Counted from the first letter of the stretch, positions 8,569-18,994 are shown. The stretch is DNA of 32,000 bases from Delftia acidovorans NBRC 14950 (GCF_001598795.1 NZ_BCZP01000007.1:90001-122000), one strand, 5' to 3'. Numbers and translations are program-made. The notes: a model not told the origin generated them from the sequence alone.

Positions 8569-8973
8569 TCATGCAGGCACCACCGCCGTGACCTCGATCT
8601 CCACCTTGGCCCGGTCTTCCACCAGATCCGCCACCTCCACCGCCGTCATGGCCGGGAAATGCCGCCCGATCAGTTCGCGGTAGTGCTTTCCAATGGCTGG
8701 ATAGGCAGCCACGTATTCCTGCTTGTCGGTCACATACCAGGTCATGCGCACGATGTGCTCGGGCCTGGCGCCGCCTTCGGCGAGGATGGCGACGATATTG
8801 GCCAGCGCCTGCCGCACCTGTTCCGCAAAGTCGTCCGACTCGAATTGCTGCTGGCCGTTCCAGCCAATCTGGCCGCCGACGAACACCAGCCGGGAGCCGA
8901 CCGTCATCTCGGTCAGGATGCCATTGGCATAGCCTCGGGGCGCCAGCCAGTCCGGGGGTTGCAGAGTCTTCAT
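8569..8973 (-). CDS. RidA/YjgF-family enamine/imine deaminase-like protein
   Basis: 134 aa. GYANGI...VFVGGQIGW...QVRQALANIVAILAEGGARPEHIVRMTWYV...EVEIEVTAV is the typical RidA/L-PSP fold signature. Last gene of the operon. Confidence 0.85.
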   Translation of the reverse strand: MKTLQPPDWLAPRGYANGILTEMTVGSRLVFVGGQIGWNGQQQFESDDFAEQVRQALANIVAILAEGGARPEHIVRMTWYVTDKQEYVAAYPAIGKHYRELIGRHFPAMTAVEVADLVEDRAKVEIEVTAVVPA

Positions 8974-8977
8974 TGCT

Positions 8978-9430
8978 TCATCCTGTTCTCGTTGAATCCA
9001 TAAAACCGTCCTGCGGCACCAGATAGGCCTGCAGGCGCTCGCGCAGATCGGCCGGCAGTGGCGTGGCCTTCATGCTGCGCAAATCCATGGTGACGATGGT
9101 CATGCGCGCACACAGCCGGCGTTGGCCATCTGGCCCTTCGAAACGCACATCGAACTGGAACGATGCCCCGCCGATGCGGCGCACCTCCAATACCTGGCGC
9201 AGCGTGTCGTGCCAGCGGCTGGGCGCCGTGAAATCGCATTGCACCGACACCGTGGGCGTGCCCACCTGGCGCTGTACATGCAGGGTGTGGAATGGCAGGC
9301 CCATTCCCCTGTCGAACCATTCCTCGACCAGGTCGTTGACCATCTCGAAATAGCGCGGGTAAAAGACGATGCCGGCCGGATCGCAATGGCGAAACAGCAC
9401 CTGCACCTGGCTGACGAAGGCGGAGGCCAT
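8978..9430 (-). CDS. hotdog-fold acyl-CoA thioesterase (4-hydroxybenzoyl-CoA thioesterase / YbgC-like)
   Basis: 150 aa. N-terminal VQVLFRHCDPAGIVFYPRYFEMVNDLVEEWF matches the 4HBT-family catalytic-Asp region. Confidence 0.8.
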   Translation of the reverse strand: MASAFVSQVQVLFRHCDPAGIVFYPRYFEMVNDLVEEWFDRGMGLPFHTLHVQRQVGTPTVSVQCDFTAPSRWHDTLRQVLEVRRIGGASFQFDVRFEGPDGQRRLCARMTIVTMDLRSMKATPLPADLRERLQAYLVPQDGFMDSTRTG

Positions 9431-9439
9431 GGCGCGCGC

Positions 9440-11080
9440 TCACGGCATCTTGCGCAGCACGAATCGCTGCAGCTTGCCGGTCTCGGTGCGCGGCAGGGCC
9501 GGCACGAAGACAATGGCGCGCGGGTACTTGTAGGGCGCAATGCTGGCCTTGACGAAGGCCTGCAGCGTGGCGGCCATGTCGTCGCCGGCCGCAAAGCCGG
9601 GCTTGAGCACCACAAAGGCCTTGACCACCTGGCCGCGCTCGTCGTCTGCCGCGCCGATCACGCCGCATTCGGCCACGGCCTCGTGGCGCAGCAGCGCATC
9701 CTCCACCTCGGGGCCGGCGATGTTGTAGCCGGCCGAGATGATCATGTCGTCATTGCGCGCCTGATAGAACAGATAGCCGTCGGCGTCGCGCACAAAGGTG
9801 TCGCCGGGCAGGTTCCAGCCGTTTTGCACAAAGCGCTTCTGGCGCTCGTCGGCAAGATACCGGCAGCCGGTCGGCCCCTTGATGGCCAGGCGGCCGGGCG
9901 TGCCGTCGGGCACGGGCTGCATGTCGTCGTCCACCACCTGGGCCACGTAGCCGGGCACGACCTTGCCGATGGCGCCCGCGCGCACCTCCTCGGGCGGGCT
10001 GGACACGAAGACGTGGATGAGCTCGGTGCCGCCGATGCCGTCGATCATCTCGATGCCCGTGGCCTGCTTCCACAGCTGGCGCGTGGCGTCCGGCAGGGCC
10101 TCGCCCGCCGACACGCTTTTCCTGAGCGACGACAGATCGAAGCGCGCTGCCTGCGCCGCCATCTGCCGGTAGAAGGTGGGCGCGGTGAAGACGATGGTGG
10201 CGCGGAAATCCTGCACCAGCTGCAGCAGCCCTTCGGGCGTGAGCTTTTCGGCCAGCACGGTGCTGGCGCCTACGCGCAGCGGAAAGCACAGCAGCCCGCC
10301 CAGGCCAAAGGTGAAGGCCAGCGGCGGCGTGCCGCAGAAGATGTCGTCCGGGCCCGGCCGGATCACATGGCGCGGGAACAGGTCGCACATGGCCAGCACG
10401 TCGCGGTGGAAATGCATGCAGCCCTTGGGCGCGCCCGTGGTGCCGCTGGTGAAGGCGATCAGGCAGACATCGTCTGCCGCCGTATCGCAGCAGTCGAAGG
10501 TGTCGGGCTTGGCTGCGGCCAGGGCGTCCAGCGCATCGGCTGCGCCGTCGTTGAAATACAGCACGCGCGAAAGGTCCGGGCAATGGTGTTCATGGCCGGG
10601 CTGCAGGCACAGCTGCACTTCGTCCTTGAGGCGCACATCGCACAGCACGGCCTGCACCTGGGCCTTGGCGATGATCTGCTGCAGCTCCTTGGCACGCAGC
10701 AGCGGCATGGTTGGCACCGTCACCAGCCCGGCCTTGATGGCGGCCAGCCAGGACGCGGCCATCATGGCGTTGTTGGGGCCGCGCAGCAGCAGCCGGTTGC
10801 CGGGCACCAGCTGCAGGTCTTCCACCAGCACATGGGCGATGCGGTTGGTCAGCGCCTGCAGTTCGGCATAGGTCATGGCGGCCTGGTCCGCGCCCTGCCT
10901 CCAGCGCAGGGCCACACGGCCGCCCTGGCCGCGCGCCACCATGGCATCGACCAGTTCGGCCGCGCAGTTCAGGCGTTCGGGATAGGCCACGTCCGGTCCG
11001 TCGAGCAGGAACTCGGGCCATTGGTCGGGCGGCGGCAGATTGTCCCGGGCGAAAGTATCGATGTGGGCGGAGGCTTGCAT
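9440..11080 (-). CDS. aryl-CoA ligase (AMP-forming; 2-aminobenzoate/benzoate-CoA ligase family)
   Basis: 546 aa. AMP-binding motif FTSGTTGAPKG, then GTELIH, YLADERQ, RNDDMIISAGYNI and the C-terminal lysine region PRTETGKLQRF. Operon context with an AbmA-like monooxygenase/reductase. Confidence 0.85.
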   Translation of the reverse strand: MQASAHIDTFARDNLPPPDQWPEFLLDGPDVAYPERLNCAAELVDAMVARGQGGRVALRWRQGADQAAMTYAELQALTNRIAHVLVEDLQLVPGNRLLLRGPNNAMMAASWLAAIKAGLVTVPTMPLLRAKELQQIIAKAQVQAVLCDVRLKDEVQLCLQPGHEHHCPDLSRVLYFNDGAADALDALAAAKPDTFDCCDTAADDVCLIAFTSGTTGAPKGCMHFHRDVLAMCDLFPRHVIRPGPDDIFCGTPPLAFTFGLGGLLCFPLRVGASTVLAEKLTPEGLLQLVQDFRATIVFTAPTFYRQMAAQAARFDLSSLRKSVSAGEALPDATRQLWKQATGIEMIDGIGGTELIHVFVSSPPEEVRAGAIGKVVPGYVAQVVDDDMQPVPDGTPGRLAIKGPTGCRYLADERQKRFVQNGWNLPGDTFVRDADGYLFYQARNDDMIISAGYNIAGPEVEDALLRHEAVAECGVIGAADDERGQVVKAFVVLKPGFAAGDDMAATLQAFVKASIAPYKYPRAIVFVPALPRTETGKLQRFVLRKMP

Positions 11081-11121
11081 GCGATGTTCCCTGGCTTTGC
11101 GTTGAATGGGCAGCCTGCCGC

Positions 11122-12291
11122 TCAGGCCTTGAGCAGCTCGCGCGCGATGATGAGTTTTTGCACCTCGGTCGCGCCCTCGTAGATGCGCAGCGCGCGGATC
11201 TCGCGGTACAGCGTCTCCACCGGCATGCCCGAGACCACGCCTGCCCCGCCGAACATCTGCAGCGCGCGGTCGATCACGGCCTGGGCCGATTCAGTGGCCG
11301 TCATCTTGGCCATGGCCGCCTCGCGCGTGGTGCGCGTCTTCTTCACATCGCGCATCCAGGCGGCGCGGTAGGTCAGCAGGGCCGATGCGTCGATGGCCGT
11401 GTCCATGTCGCCCAGCGCGGCCTGGGTCAGTTGCAGGTCGCCCAGGGTCTGGCCGAACATGCGGCGTGACTTGGCGCGTGCCAGGCCTTCATCCAGCGCG
11501 CGGCGCGCAAAGCCCAGTGCGGCGGCGGCCACCGAGGCGCGGAAGATGTCCAGCGTCATCATGGCCAGCTTGAAGCCCTGCCCCGGCTCGCCCAGGCGCT
11601 GCGACACGGGTATGCGGCAGTTGTCGAAGCGGATGGTGGCCAGCGGGTGCGGCGCAATCAGTTCGATGCGCTCGCCGATCGAAAAGCCCGGCGTGTCCGC
11701 ATCGACCACGAAGGCGCTGATGCCGCGCGCCCCGGGTGCCTCGCCCGTGCGGGCGAACACGCAGTAGAAGTCGGCAATGCCGCCGTTGGAGATCCAGGTC
11801 TTGGCACCGTTGAGCACATAGTGGTCGCCTTCGAGCCGCGCCTCGCAGGCCATGGCGGCCACGTCGGAGCCGGCATCGGGCTCGGACAGCGCAAAGGCCG
11901 CAATGGCCTCGCCGCGCGCCACGCGCGGCAGGTAGCGCTGGCGCAGCGCATCCGACCCCATGAGCGATATCGCACCGCTGCCCAGGCCCTGCATGGCAAA
12001 GGCGAAGTCGGCCAGGCCTTCATGGCGGGCCAGGGTCTCGCGCAGGATGCAGACCGCACGCGAGTCCACCTCGGGCAAGGCCCCGCCCCAGGCGCCGCCG
12101 GGGCCAGACGGCACGGCATAGCGCAGCCAGCCGGCCTGGCCCAGGGCCTTCACCAGTTGGCGGCAGGCCGCATCGGCATCGTGGTGGTCCACATCGCCCA
12201 GGGATTGGGCGCACCAGGCGTCGGCCTCATGCGCCAGCGTGCGGTGGGCGTCGTCGAAGAAGGGCCAGTCCAGCCAGGAGGAGTCACGCAT
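11122..12291 (-). CDS. acyl-CoA dehydrogenase
   Basis: ACAD motifs [21 protein letters not shown] and the C-terminal [16 protein letters not shown]. Start at the ATG at 12291 (MRDSSWLD...), preceded by GAAGGAAA. The track's 12306 start is a TTG overlapping the upstream gene. Confidence 0.88.
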   Translation of the reverse strand: MRDSSWLDWPFFDDAHRTLAHEADAWCAQSLGDVDHHDADAACRQLVKALGQAGWLRYAVPSGPGGAWGGALPEVDSRAVCILRETLARHEGLADFAFAMQGLGSGAISLMGSDALRQRYLPRVARGEAIAAFALSEPDAGSDVAAMACEARLEGDHYVLNGAKTWISNGGIADFYCVFARTGEAPGARGISAFVVDADTPGFSIGERIELIAPHPLATIRFDNCRIPVSQRLGEPGQGFKLAMMTLDIFRASVAAAALGFARRALDEGLARAKSRRMFGQTLGDLQLTQAALGDMDTAIDASALLTYRAAWMRDVKKTRTTREAAMAKMTATESAQAVIDRALQMFGGAGVVSGMPVETLYREIRALRIYEGATEVQKLIIARELLKA

Positions 12292-12292
12292 T

Positions 12293-13150
12293 TCAGTTTC
12301 CTTCAAAGACAGGCTTTTGCTTGGCCACGAAGGCCTCGTAGGCGCGGTGGAAGTCGCGCGTCTGCATGCAGATGGCCTGGGCCTCGGCTTCGGCCTCGAT
12401 GGCCTCGTCCACGCCCATGTTCCATTCCTGGTGCAGCAGCTTCTTGGTTACGCCATGGGCAAAGGTGGGGCCGGCGGCCAGCTGGGCGGCCAGCGCATGG
12501 GCGGCTTCGCCGATCTGCTCGGAGCCGTGCAGGGCATTGAAGAAACCCCAGGCTGCGCCCTCCTCGGCCGTCATGGCGCGGCCCGTGTACAGCAGCTCGG
12601 AGGCGCGGCCCTGGCCGATCATGCGCGGCAGCAGCGTGCAGGCGCCCATGTCGGCACCGGCCAGGCCTACGCGGGTGAAGAGAAACGCCGTGCGCGCGGC
12701 CGGCGTGCCCAGGCGCATGTCGGCCGCCAGCGCGACCATGGCGCCCGCGCCCGCGCAGATGCCGTCCACCGCCGCCACGATGGGCTGCGGGCAGGCGCGC
12801 ATGGCCTTGATCAGATCGCCCGTCATGCGCGTGAAGTCCAGCAGCTCGGGCATGCTCATCTTGGTGAGCGGGCCGATGATCTCGTGCACATCGCCGCCCG
12901 AGCAGAAATTGCCGCCCGCGCCCGTGACCACCACGGCCTTGATGTCGGTGGCATAGACCAGGGCGCGGAACAGGTCGCGCAGCTCGGCGTAGGAGCCGAA
13001 GGTCAGCGGGTTCTTGCGCTCGGGCCGGTTCAGGGTGATGGTGCCGATCTTGCCGTCGGCCGATACCTGCCACACAAAGGTCCTGGCCTCGTAGCCGGCC
13101 AGGGGGCGCTTGTGGTGCTTCATGCTGTGTTCTTCGGGCTGGGTGCTCAT
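12293..13150 (-). CDS. enoyl-CoA hydratase/isomerase (crotonase) family protein
   Basis: [28 protein letters not shown] and [21 protein letters not shown] are crotonase oxyanion-hole signatures. An alternative start at 13123 is possible. Confidence 0.88.
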   Translation of the reverse strand: MSTQPEEHSMKHHKRPLAGYEARTFVWQVSADGKIGTITLNRPERKNPLTFGSYAELRDLFRALVYATDIKAVVVTGAGGNFCSGGDVHEIIGPLTKMSMPELLDFTRMTGDLIKAMRACPQPIVAAVDGICAGAGAMVALAADMRLGTPAARTAFLFTRVGLAGADMGACTLLPRMIGQGRASELLYTGRAMTAEEGAAWGFFNALHGSEQIGEAAHALAAQLAAGPTFAHGVTKKLLHQEWNMGVDEAIEAEAEAQAICMQTRDFHRAYEAFVAKQKPVFEGN

Positions 13151-13195
13151 GGTGTCTCCATCAAGAATTCAGAAAACGGGGGGAGTGGACCGGGT

Positions 13196-13999
13196 TCAGC
13201 CGGTCATCACCTCGCCGCCGTCGACGGCAATGGACTGGCCGTTGACCGAGGCGGACGCCGGCAGGGCCAGCCAGGCCACGGTCTCGGCCACTTCCTCGGG
13301 CTGGACCAGGCGGCCCTGCGGGTTGCGTTCGGCCAGCCTGGCGCGGGCCTCATCCGCCGTCATGCCGGTCTTGTCCACGATGTTGGCCACGGCGCCGCGC
13401 ACGATGTCGGTCTCGGTATAGCCGGGGCAGACGGCATTCACCGTCACGCCCTTGCCTGCGGTCTCCAGCGCCAGCGAGCGCGTGAGGCCGATCACGCCAT
13501 GCTTGGCCGCGCAATAGGCGCTGACATAGGCATAGCCGATCAGCCCTGCCGTGCTGGCCACATTGATGATGCGGCCCCAGCGCGCAGCCAGCATGCCCGG
13601 CAGCGCGGCCTGCATGCAGTGGAAGGTGCCTGTGAGATTGACGGCCAGCATCGCCTGCCACAGTGCGGCATCGGTGCGCTCGAACTTCTGGCTGCTGGCC
13701 TGGCCTGCGTTGTTGACCAGCACCTGCACGGGGCCGAAGGCCGCCTCGGCCTGCGCGAAGGCCTGGCGCACCGAGGCCTCGTCGGCAATATCCGCCTGCA
13801 CGGACTGCACCATCTGTGCTGCCTGTGCCGTGCCGCCCAGCTCGCGCACGGCAGCCTCCAGCGCCGCACCATCGCGACCCAGCAGCGTGACCCGCGCGCC
13901 GCGGGCCAGCAGCGCCCGCGCACAGGCCAGGCCTATGCCGCGCGCCCCGCCCGTCACCAGGGCATGGCGCTCTTCAAGAAGATTCAAAGATATGGTCAT
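13196..13999 (-). CDS. SDR-family oxidoreductase (3-hydroxyacyl-CoA dehydrogenase-like)
   Basis: Start at the ATG at 13999 (MTISLNLLEERHALVTGGARGIGLA = TGxxxGIG), then NNAG and YxxxK (YCAAK). The track's 14104 GTG start adds a non-homologous Gly/Ala-rich extension. Confidence 0.88.
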   Translation of the reverse strand: MTISLNLLEERHALVTGGARGIGLACARALLARGARVTLLGRDGAALEAAVRELGGTAQAAQMVQSVQADIADEASVRQAFAQAEAAFGPVQVLVNNAGQASSQKFERTDAALWQAMLAVNLTGTFHCMQAALPGMLAARWGRIINVASTAGLIGYAYVSAYCAAKHGVIGLTRSLALETAGKGVTVNAVCPGYTETDIVRGAVANIVDKTGMTADEARARLAERNPQGRLVQPEEVAETVAWLALPASASVNGQSIAVDGGEVMTG

Positions 14000-14203
14000 T
14001 TCAATCACCCGTGGCGATGCGAGCCACCCGCAACCTATGAAACCGGCGCGCCACACAGCGAGGGACGCCGAGGAAGGGCCTGGGCCGGCCGCGCCGCCCC
14101 GCACCGACGGTATCGCCGGTGGCCCGTATGCCCCCCTCCCGCGAAGCGAGAGAGGGCGCCGTGCACACGGGGGAAGGCGCGAAGCGACTCAGGGGGTGTA
14201 GTT

Positions 14204-16552
14204 TCATTTCGCGTCCAACTGCGCCATGGCGGCGGCGCGTTCGAAGTTGGTTTCCAACTGGCGCTTGCCGGGCTGGTACTGGTTCGGCCAATCCACATCC
14301 TGCGCACCGAGTCTCGCAGCCTCGCGCAGCGTCCAGGCCGCATCTGCCAGGTGCGGGCGCGCCAGCGCGCACAGGTCGGCCCGGCCCGAGGCGATGATGG
14401 CGTTGGCATGGTCGGCCTCGAAGATGGCGCCCACGGCAATGGTCGGTATGCCGGCCTCGTTGCGCACGCGGTCGGCAAACGGCGTCTGGTACATGCGGCC
14501 GTACACCGGCTTCTGGTCGGGGCTGACCTGGCCCGAGGAGCAGTCGATCATGTCCGCGCCCGCCGCCTTGAAGCGGCGTGCGATCTCCACCGCATCGTCG
14601 GGCGTGATGCCGCCTTCCACCCAGTCATGGGCCGAGATGCGCACCGACATGGGCCGGTCCTGCGGCCAGGCTGCGCGCACCGCCTCGAACACCTCCAGCG
14701 GAAAGCGCAGGCGGTTGTCCAGGCTGCCGCCATATTCGTCATCGCGCTGGTTGGTCAGCGGCGAGATGAAGCTGGACAGCAGATAGCCGTGGGCGCAGTG
14801 CAGCTCCAGCCAGTCAAAGCCCGCTGCCGCGGCGCGCCGCGTGGCGGCCACGAAGTCCTCGCGCACGCGGTCCATGTCGGCGCGGGTCATGGCGACGGGC
14901 ACTTGCGAGAGTCCCTCGATATAGGGCAGGGCCGATGCCGACAGCAGCGGCCAGTTGCCCTGCTCCAGCGGATGGTCGATCTGCTGCCAGCCCAGCTGGG
15001 TGGAACCCTTGCGCCCCGCATGCCCCAGCTGCACGCCAATGTGCGCACCGCCCTGCGCGTGCACGAAATCGACAATGCGCCCAAAGGCCTGCGCCTGCTC
15101 GTCGTTCCACAGCCCGGGGCAGCCGGGCGTGATGCGCGCGTCGGGCGAGGTGCAGGTCATCTCCACCATCACCAGGCCCGCGCCGCCCATGGCGCGCGCG
15201 CCCAGGTGCACCAGGTGGAAGTCGCCAGGCACGCCGTCGGTGCAGGAATACATGGCCATGGGCGAGACCACGATGCGGTTCTTCAGCCGCAGGCCGCGCG
15301 CCTGGTAGGGCGTGAGCATGGGCATGGGCGGGCGGCGGCCTTCGGGCACGGTCTCGCCCGCATGCTCGGCAATCCAGCGCTCGAAGCCCTGCAGCCAGGC
15401 GGCATCGCGCAGGCGCAGGTTCTCGTGCGAGATGCGCTGCGAGCGCGTCAGCAGCGAATAGGCGAACTGCTCCGGCTCCAGGCCCGCATAGCGCTCCACG
15501 TTCTCGAACCATTCCGTGGAATTGCGCGCCGCGTTCTGGATCTTGAGCACCTCCACGCTGCGCACATCCTCGTAGTGGCGCAGGCCGGCCTCGATGCCCG
15601 CCGCAGACCGCAGGCTGCGTGCCAGCTCGATCGCATCCTCCAACGCCAGCTTGGTGCCCGAGCCAATCGAGAAATGCGCCGTGTGCGCCGCATCGCCCAT
15701 CAGTACCACGGGCACGCTGCGCGGGCCGCGCGGCGTGTCCAGCGCGTTCCAGTGCACCCAGGTATTGCAGATCACGCGCGGAAAGCGGATCCAGATGGCC
15801 GAGCCGCGCAGGTGCGTGGCATTGCTGACCAGGGCATGGCCGTCCAGCCAGGGGGCGAACAGTTTTTCGCAATAGGCAATGCCCTCTTCCTGGCTCATCT
15901 GCTCTATGCCGGCGGCCTGCCAGGTCTCCTCGGGCGTCTCCACGATGAAGGTGGACATGCCGTCTTCGTAGCGGTAGGCATGGGCCTGGAACCAGCCGTG
16001 CTCGGTCTGCACGAAGGCGAAGGTGAAGGCATCGAACACCTTGGTCGTGCCCAGCCACACGAAGCGGCAGCGGCGCTGGTCGATATCGGGCCGAAAGGTA
16101 TCGGCATAGCGCGTGCGCACCTGGCTGTTGATGCCGTCCGAGGCGATGACCAGGTCGGCGTCGTACTCGCGCGCAATCGCCTGGTCGTCCTGCACGAAGT
16201 TCTCGAACACCAGCTTCACGCCCACGTCCTCGCAGCGCGCCTGCAGGATGTTGAGCAGCTTCTTGCGGCCTATGCCGATGAAGCCATGGCCGCTGCTGCG
16301 CAGGCTGCGGCCCTTGAAGTGGATGTCGATATCGTCCCAGTGGTTGAAGGCGTCACCAATGGTGCGGGCCGATACGGGATCGGCCTCGCGCAGGTTGTCC
16401 ATGGTGGCGTCCGAGAACACCACGCCCCAGCCAAAGGTGTCGTAGGGCCGGTTGCGCTCCACCACCGTGACCTCGTTGGCGGGGTCCTGCAGCTTCATCA
16501 GCAGGCCGAAGTACAGGCCGGCGGGACCTCCACCGATACAGACGATCTTCAT
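14204..16552 (-). CDS. bifunctional flavoprotein: aryl-CoA monooxygenase fused to an Old-Yellow-Enzyme-type reductase (2-aminobenzoyl-CoA monooxygenase/reductase or salicylyl-CoA 5-hydroxylase family)
   Basis: Start [16 protein letters not shown] (FAD GxGxxG), with LVIASDG and [15 protein letters not shown] in the N-terminal hydroxylase half. The C-terminal half [15 protein letters not shown]...HAGRKGS...[20 protein letters not shown] is an FMN OYE TIM barrel. About 782 aa. Confidence 0.85.
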   Translation of the reverse strand: MKIVCIGGGPAGLYFGLLMKLQDPANEVTVVERNRPYDTFGWGVVFSDATMDNLREADPVSARTIGDAFNHWDDIDIHFKGRSLRSSGHGFIGIGRKKLLNILQARCEDVGVKLVFENFVQDDQAIAREYDADLVIASDGINSQVRTRYADTFRPDIDQRRCRFVWLGTTKVFDAFTFAFVQTEHGWFQAHAYRYEDGMSTFIVETPEETWQAAGIEQMSQEEGIAYCEKLFAPWLDGHALVSNATHLRGSAIWIRFPRVICNTWVHWNALDTPRGPRSVPVVLMGDAAHTAHFSIGSGTKLALEDAIELARSLRSAAGIEAGLRHYEDVRSVEVLKIQNAARNSTEWFENVERYAGLEPEQFAYSLLTRSQRISHENLRLRDAAWLQGFERWIAEHAGETVPEGRRPPMPMLTPYQARGLRLKNRIVVSPMAMYSCTDGVPGDFHLVHLGARAMGGAGLVMVEMTCTSPDARITPGCPGLWNDEQAQAFGRIVDFVHAQGGAHIGVQLGHAGRKGSTQLGWQQIDHPLEQGNWPLLSASALPYIEGLSQVPVAMTRADMDRVREDFVAATRRAAAAGFDWLELHCAHGYLLSSFISPLTNQRDDEYGGSLDNRLRFPLEVFEAVRAAWPQDRPMSVRISAHDWVEGGITPDDAVEIARRFKAAGADMIDCSSGQVSPDQKPVYGRMYQTPFADRVRNEAGIPTIAVGAIFEADHANAIIASGRADLCALARPHLADAAWTLREAARLGAQDVDWPNQYQPGKRQLETNFERAAAMAQLDAK

Positions 16553-16739
16553 ACCGCAAACCCTTTTCTCGCAGGGCGACGGCACAGGACGCCCCAGGTT
16601 CAGAATCCAGGCCCAAGAACTTTAAGCCTGAATAGTTTAGGTTTGAAATATATAGACGAAACGCCGGCACGAACCTAGGGAGAACACGCATGAGCTCCCC
16701 GACAGCCGCTACGATGCCGGATCACCAGGAGGATCTCCC

Positions 16740-16994
16740 TTGGAAAAATACCGGTTCAATGTCTTCGGCCGCATCATCGCCATCGAACGCGCGCAGGCCC
16801 AGTGGCGCTGCTTCAACGTCGGCGCCGACGGCAAGCGCGCGCCCGCCCTGCTGGCCATTCCCTGCGATGTCACCCACGCCGAACTGGCGCAGTACCTCTA
16901 CGACATCTACCACGAGAGCGCAGCCGCATCGGACCAGGACATCTTCGAGATCACCCCCGGCACCACCATCCCCTCACCCAGGAGTTCCTCTTGA
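16740..16994 (+). CDS. small hypothetical protein (84 aa)
   Basis: TTG start 7 nt after a strong AGGAGG (16727-16732). High-GC codon bias in this frame. Its stop overlaps the next gene's TTG start (cTTGA at 16991-16994). No motif recognised. Confidence 0.55.
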   Translation: MEKYRFNVFGRIIAIERAQAQWRCFNVGADGKRAPALLAIPCDVTHAELAQYLYDIYHESAAASDQDIFEITPGTTIPSPRSSS

Positions 16995-17737
16995 ACCAGC
17001 AAACCGAAGTCCGCGAACTGAAGCCGGGCCTCAGCCCCTTTCCCGCCGCCGCCGACATCTTCGTGGCCGACCAGCCCTGGCTGGCCGAGCACCTGCTGCC
17101 GCTGATCTCCATCGACCTGGGCCTGGTGCGGCCCGAACTGGCCGGCACCGTGGTCCACATGCTGTGCCCCGTCGAGCCCTTCGAGGGCTGCATCGGCGAT
17201 GAGACCGAAGCCCACCACAACGCCTTCACCGCCCCCAACTGGTTTGCGCTGGAGCTGACGCCCGACAACCGCTACCGCTTCCTGGGCAACGAAGGCTTCT
17301 TCCAGCGCGCGCCGCAGCATAGCGGCCAGTTCACCAAGGATGCCTTCGCCTGCGAGCACACCGACGAAATGCTGGCCAGCCACGCCAAGGCCAGTGCCTA
17401 CTACGCCGAACACGGCCGCCTGGCCAGCTACTCGCGCTACGGCAAGGGCGAGCCCATGGAGCACGACTACCTGGACAGCCTGGGCGGCGGAATCTGGTAC
17501 GGCAACTGGACCGGCCACCCGCCCATTCCCCCGGCCTTTCAGCTGGACGAAGCGGAAAACGCCGGCATGGGCGATGAACTGGAAGACGACGGCATCCGCA
17601 TCACCCGCGACGGCAAGCCCTTCTTCCACGTGGCCAACGTGGCCGGCTACAACTGGTGCGCCACGGGCGCGGACAGCATCCTGCTGTTCTACGAGCCGGA
17701 AAGCCGCACGGTGCTGTTCACCTTCGACTGGACCTGA
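16991..17737 (+). CDS. hypothetical protein (~248 aa), translationally coupled to the preceding small ORF
   Basis: The frame is open from 16802. I prefer the TTG at 16991, preceded by AGGAG (16980-16984) and overlapping the upstream stop. Acidic, Trp/Tyr-rich soluble protein ending ...SILLFYEPESRTVLFTFDWT. No family recognised. Confidence 0.6.
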   Translation: MNQQTEVRELKPGLSPFPAAADIFVADQPWLAEHLLPLISIDLGLVRPELAGTVVHMLCPVEPFEGCIGDETEAHHNAFTAPNWFALELTPDNRYRFLGNEGFFQRAPQHSGQFTKDAFACEHTDEMLASHAKASAYYAEHGRLASYSRYGKGEPMEHDYLDSLGGGIWYGNWTGHPPIPPAFQLDEAENAGMGDELEDDGIRITRDGKPFFHVANVAGYNWCATGADSILLFYEPESRTVLFTFDWT

Positions 17738-17771
17738 GCCGCCGGCACGGGGCCGCTCAGACGCGCCCAGG

Positions 17772-18158
17772 CTAGGGCGTGACGATCAGATGCGCCAGCA
17801 GCGGCCGGATGCGATCGTCCTGGTAGTAGCCACCGTACTCCGTGTAGCGCAGAAAGGCGGCATTGCAATGGTGGCAGCGCCAGAGCGTGCAGCGGTTGTA
17901 CGGGTGCCAGCCCAGGGCGATGGGGGCATCCGGCGACCACTGGTTCGTGCCCTGTGGGTGGTATTCCTCAAGCAATTCCCGTGTCTCCGGCGTGCCCAGC
18001 GCACCAACCTGCTGCAGATGCGAAGTCTTGTCCGCCCCCGACAAGGACTCCCAGCCCGGCCTCCACAGCACAGCGCAGTCCGTGCATCGCTGCTGCTCGG
18101 CCGCCGCCGCGGCGAAGGCTCTCAATTCGGGTTCAGGAAGGGGGGTTGAAGTTGTCAT
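17772..18158 (-). CDS. hypothetical Cys-rich protein (128 aa; CxxC ... CxxxxCxxC)
   Basis: Start at the ATG at 18158 (MTTSTPLPEPELRAF...). Contains CTDCAV and CTLWRCHHCNAAF, a possible zinc-ribbon-like arrangement. High GC. Same strand as the rhs array and immediately beyond its last cassette. Confidence 0.55.
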   Translation of the reverse strand: MTTSTPLPEPELRAFAAAAAEQQRCTDCAVLWRPGWESLSGADKTSHLQQVGALGTPETRELLEEYHPQGTNQWSPDAPIALGWHPYNRCTLWRCHHCNAAFLRYTEYGGYYQDDRIRPLLAHLIVTP

Positions 18159-18489
18159 GGAACGGTGCCTTGGTTTCCATGGATTGTCCGGCAGGTTTGG
18201 GGGCGGGTTTGGCAGGGGTTCATATTCCGTGGCAAAGCACTGCATCGGGTGCTGACCCGCCTTCGCATCAAAGTACTGGCCCTGGAATCTCAGATGCTCT
18301 TAGACCTCTAGTGGTGATACGCGTGCTGGCAACAGGTGCTGTGCTGGTCTCATATATGGCGGGCCCGGCCTGCTCACCCAGAATGGCCTAGGCACTGGGC
18401 GACAGGCCGCAGTCCATGGGTCTGGCACAGGTGTATTTGATATCTTCTAAATTTCCGAGGATTCTCATCGTTGAGCAACTTATTTTAAT

Positions 18490-18984
18490 TTAATCTTGCC
18501 GCTGCGAATTTCCAGCCTCATATTGATATTTAGTAAATTCCTCCAAAACAAAAATATTATCAGAACTTATCAATACACCCATCTCCATCAAATAGCAAGA
18601 TAATTTAGGGTAGAGAATAATACCACATTCATGAGAATTTATATTCCTTTTCTGTGTCATGGTTTTTTTAACAATGGATTCTTTTTCTTTATTTCTTCTT
18701 AAGTCAAGAAGGCTTAACGCATTTAATTCATTATCAACCCCTGACTTGCATAGCATTGTTGCAAACCCCAGGTCGTCATCATAATTTAAGTAACTTAATT
18801 TGCAAAAATCTGGAATATAAATTTCATAATTATTGATATTAACAATAGAATGTTCGTGAATATTATTATTTTTCGATTTAAATTCAATCAACTGAATACA
18901 TCCAGAGATAAAAAACATTGTCGAGAGCAATAAAATTGCTGCATGAAGTATTTTCTTTATCTTTTTAGAGTGAATATTAATCAT
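18490..18984 (-). CDS. putative lipoprotein, candidate immunity protein of orphan cassette B
   Basis: The ATG at 18984 gives MINIHSKKIKKILHAAILLLSTMFFISGC, a lipoprotein signal with an ISGC lipobox. Very AT-rich. It lies 10 nt downstream of the orphan toxin stop, the position of an rhs immunity gene. Confidence 0.65.
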   Translation of the reverse strand: MINIHSKKIKKILHAAILLLSTMFFISGCIQLIEFKSKNNNIHEHSIVNINNYEIYIPDFCKLSYLNYDDDLGFATMLCKSGVDNELNALSLLDLRRNKEKESIVKKTMTQKRNINSHECGIILYPKLSCYLMEMGVLISSDNIFVLEEFTKYQYEAGNSQRQD

Positions 18985-18994
18985 AGCACCAGAT

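Noticed and set aside
9122-11182. 686-aa plus-strand ORF opposite the aryl-CoA ligase
   Set aside because: It is antisense to a gene with canonical AMP-binding motifs, and its composition is low-complexity Ala/Gly/Arg/His-rich.
12239-16678. Giant 1479-aa plus-strand ORF spanning the catabolic operon
   Set aside because: It is antisense to five well-supported minus-strand genes with clear enzyme motifs. Its translation is a low-complexity Ala/Gly/Arg/His-rich string typical of stop-codon-poor antisense frames in high-GC DNA.
16553-16739. Possible regulator operator in the divergent promoter region upstream of the monooxygenase/reductase gene (AT-rich tttaagcctgaatagtttaggtttgaaatatata)
   Set aside because: There are only weak partial dyads (AAGCCT / AGGTTT). 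This is probably the promoter region, but I cannot define a site with confidence.
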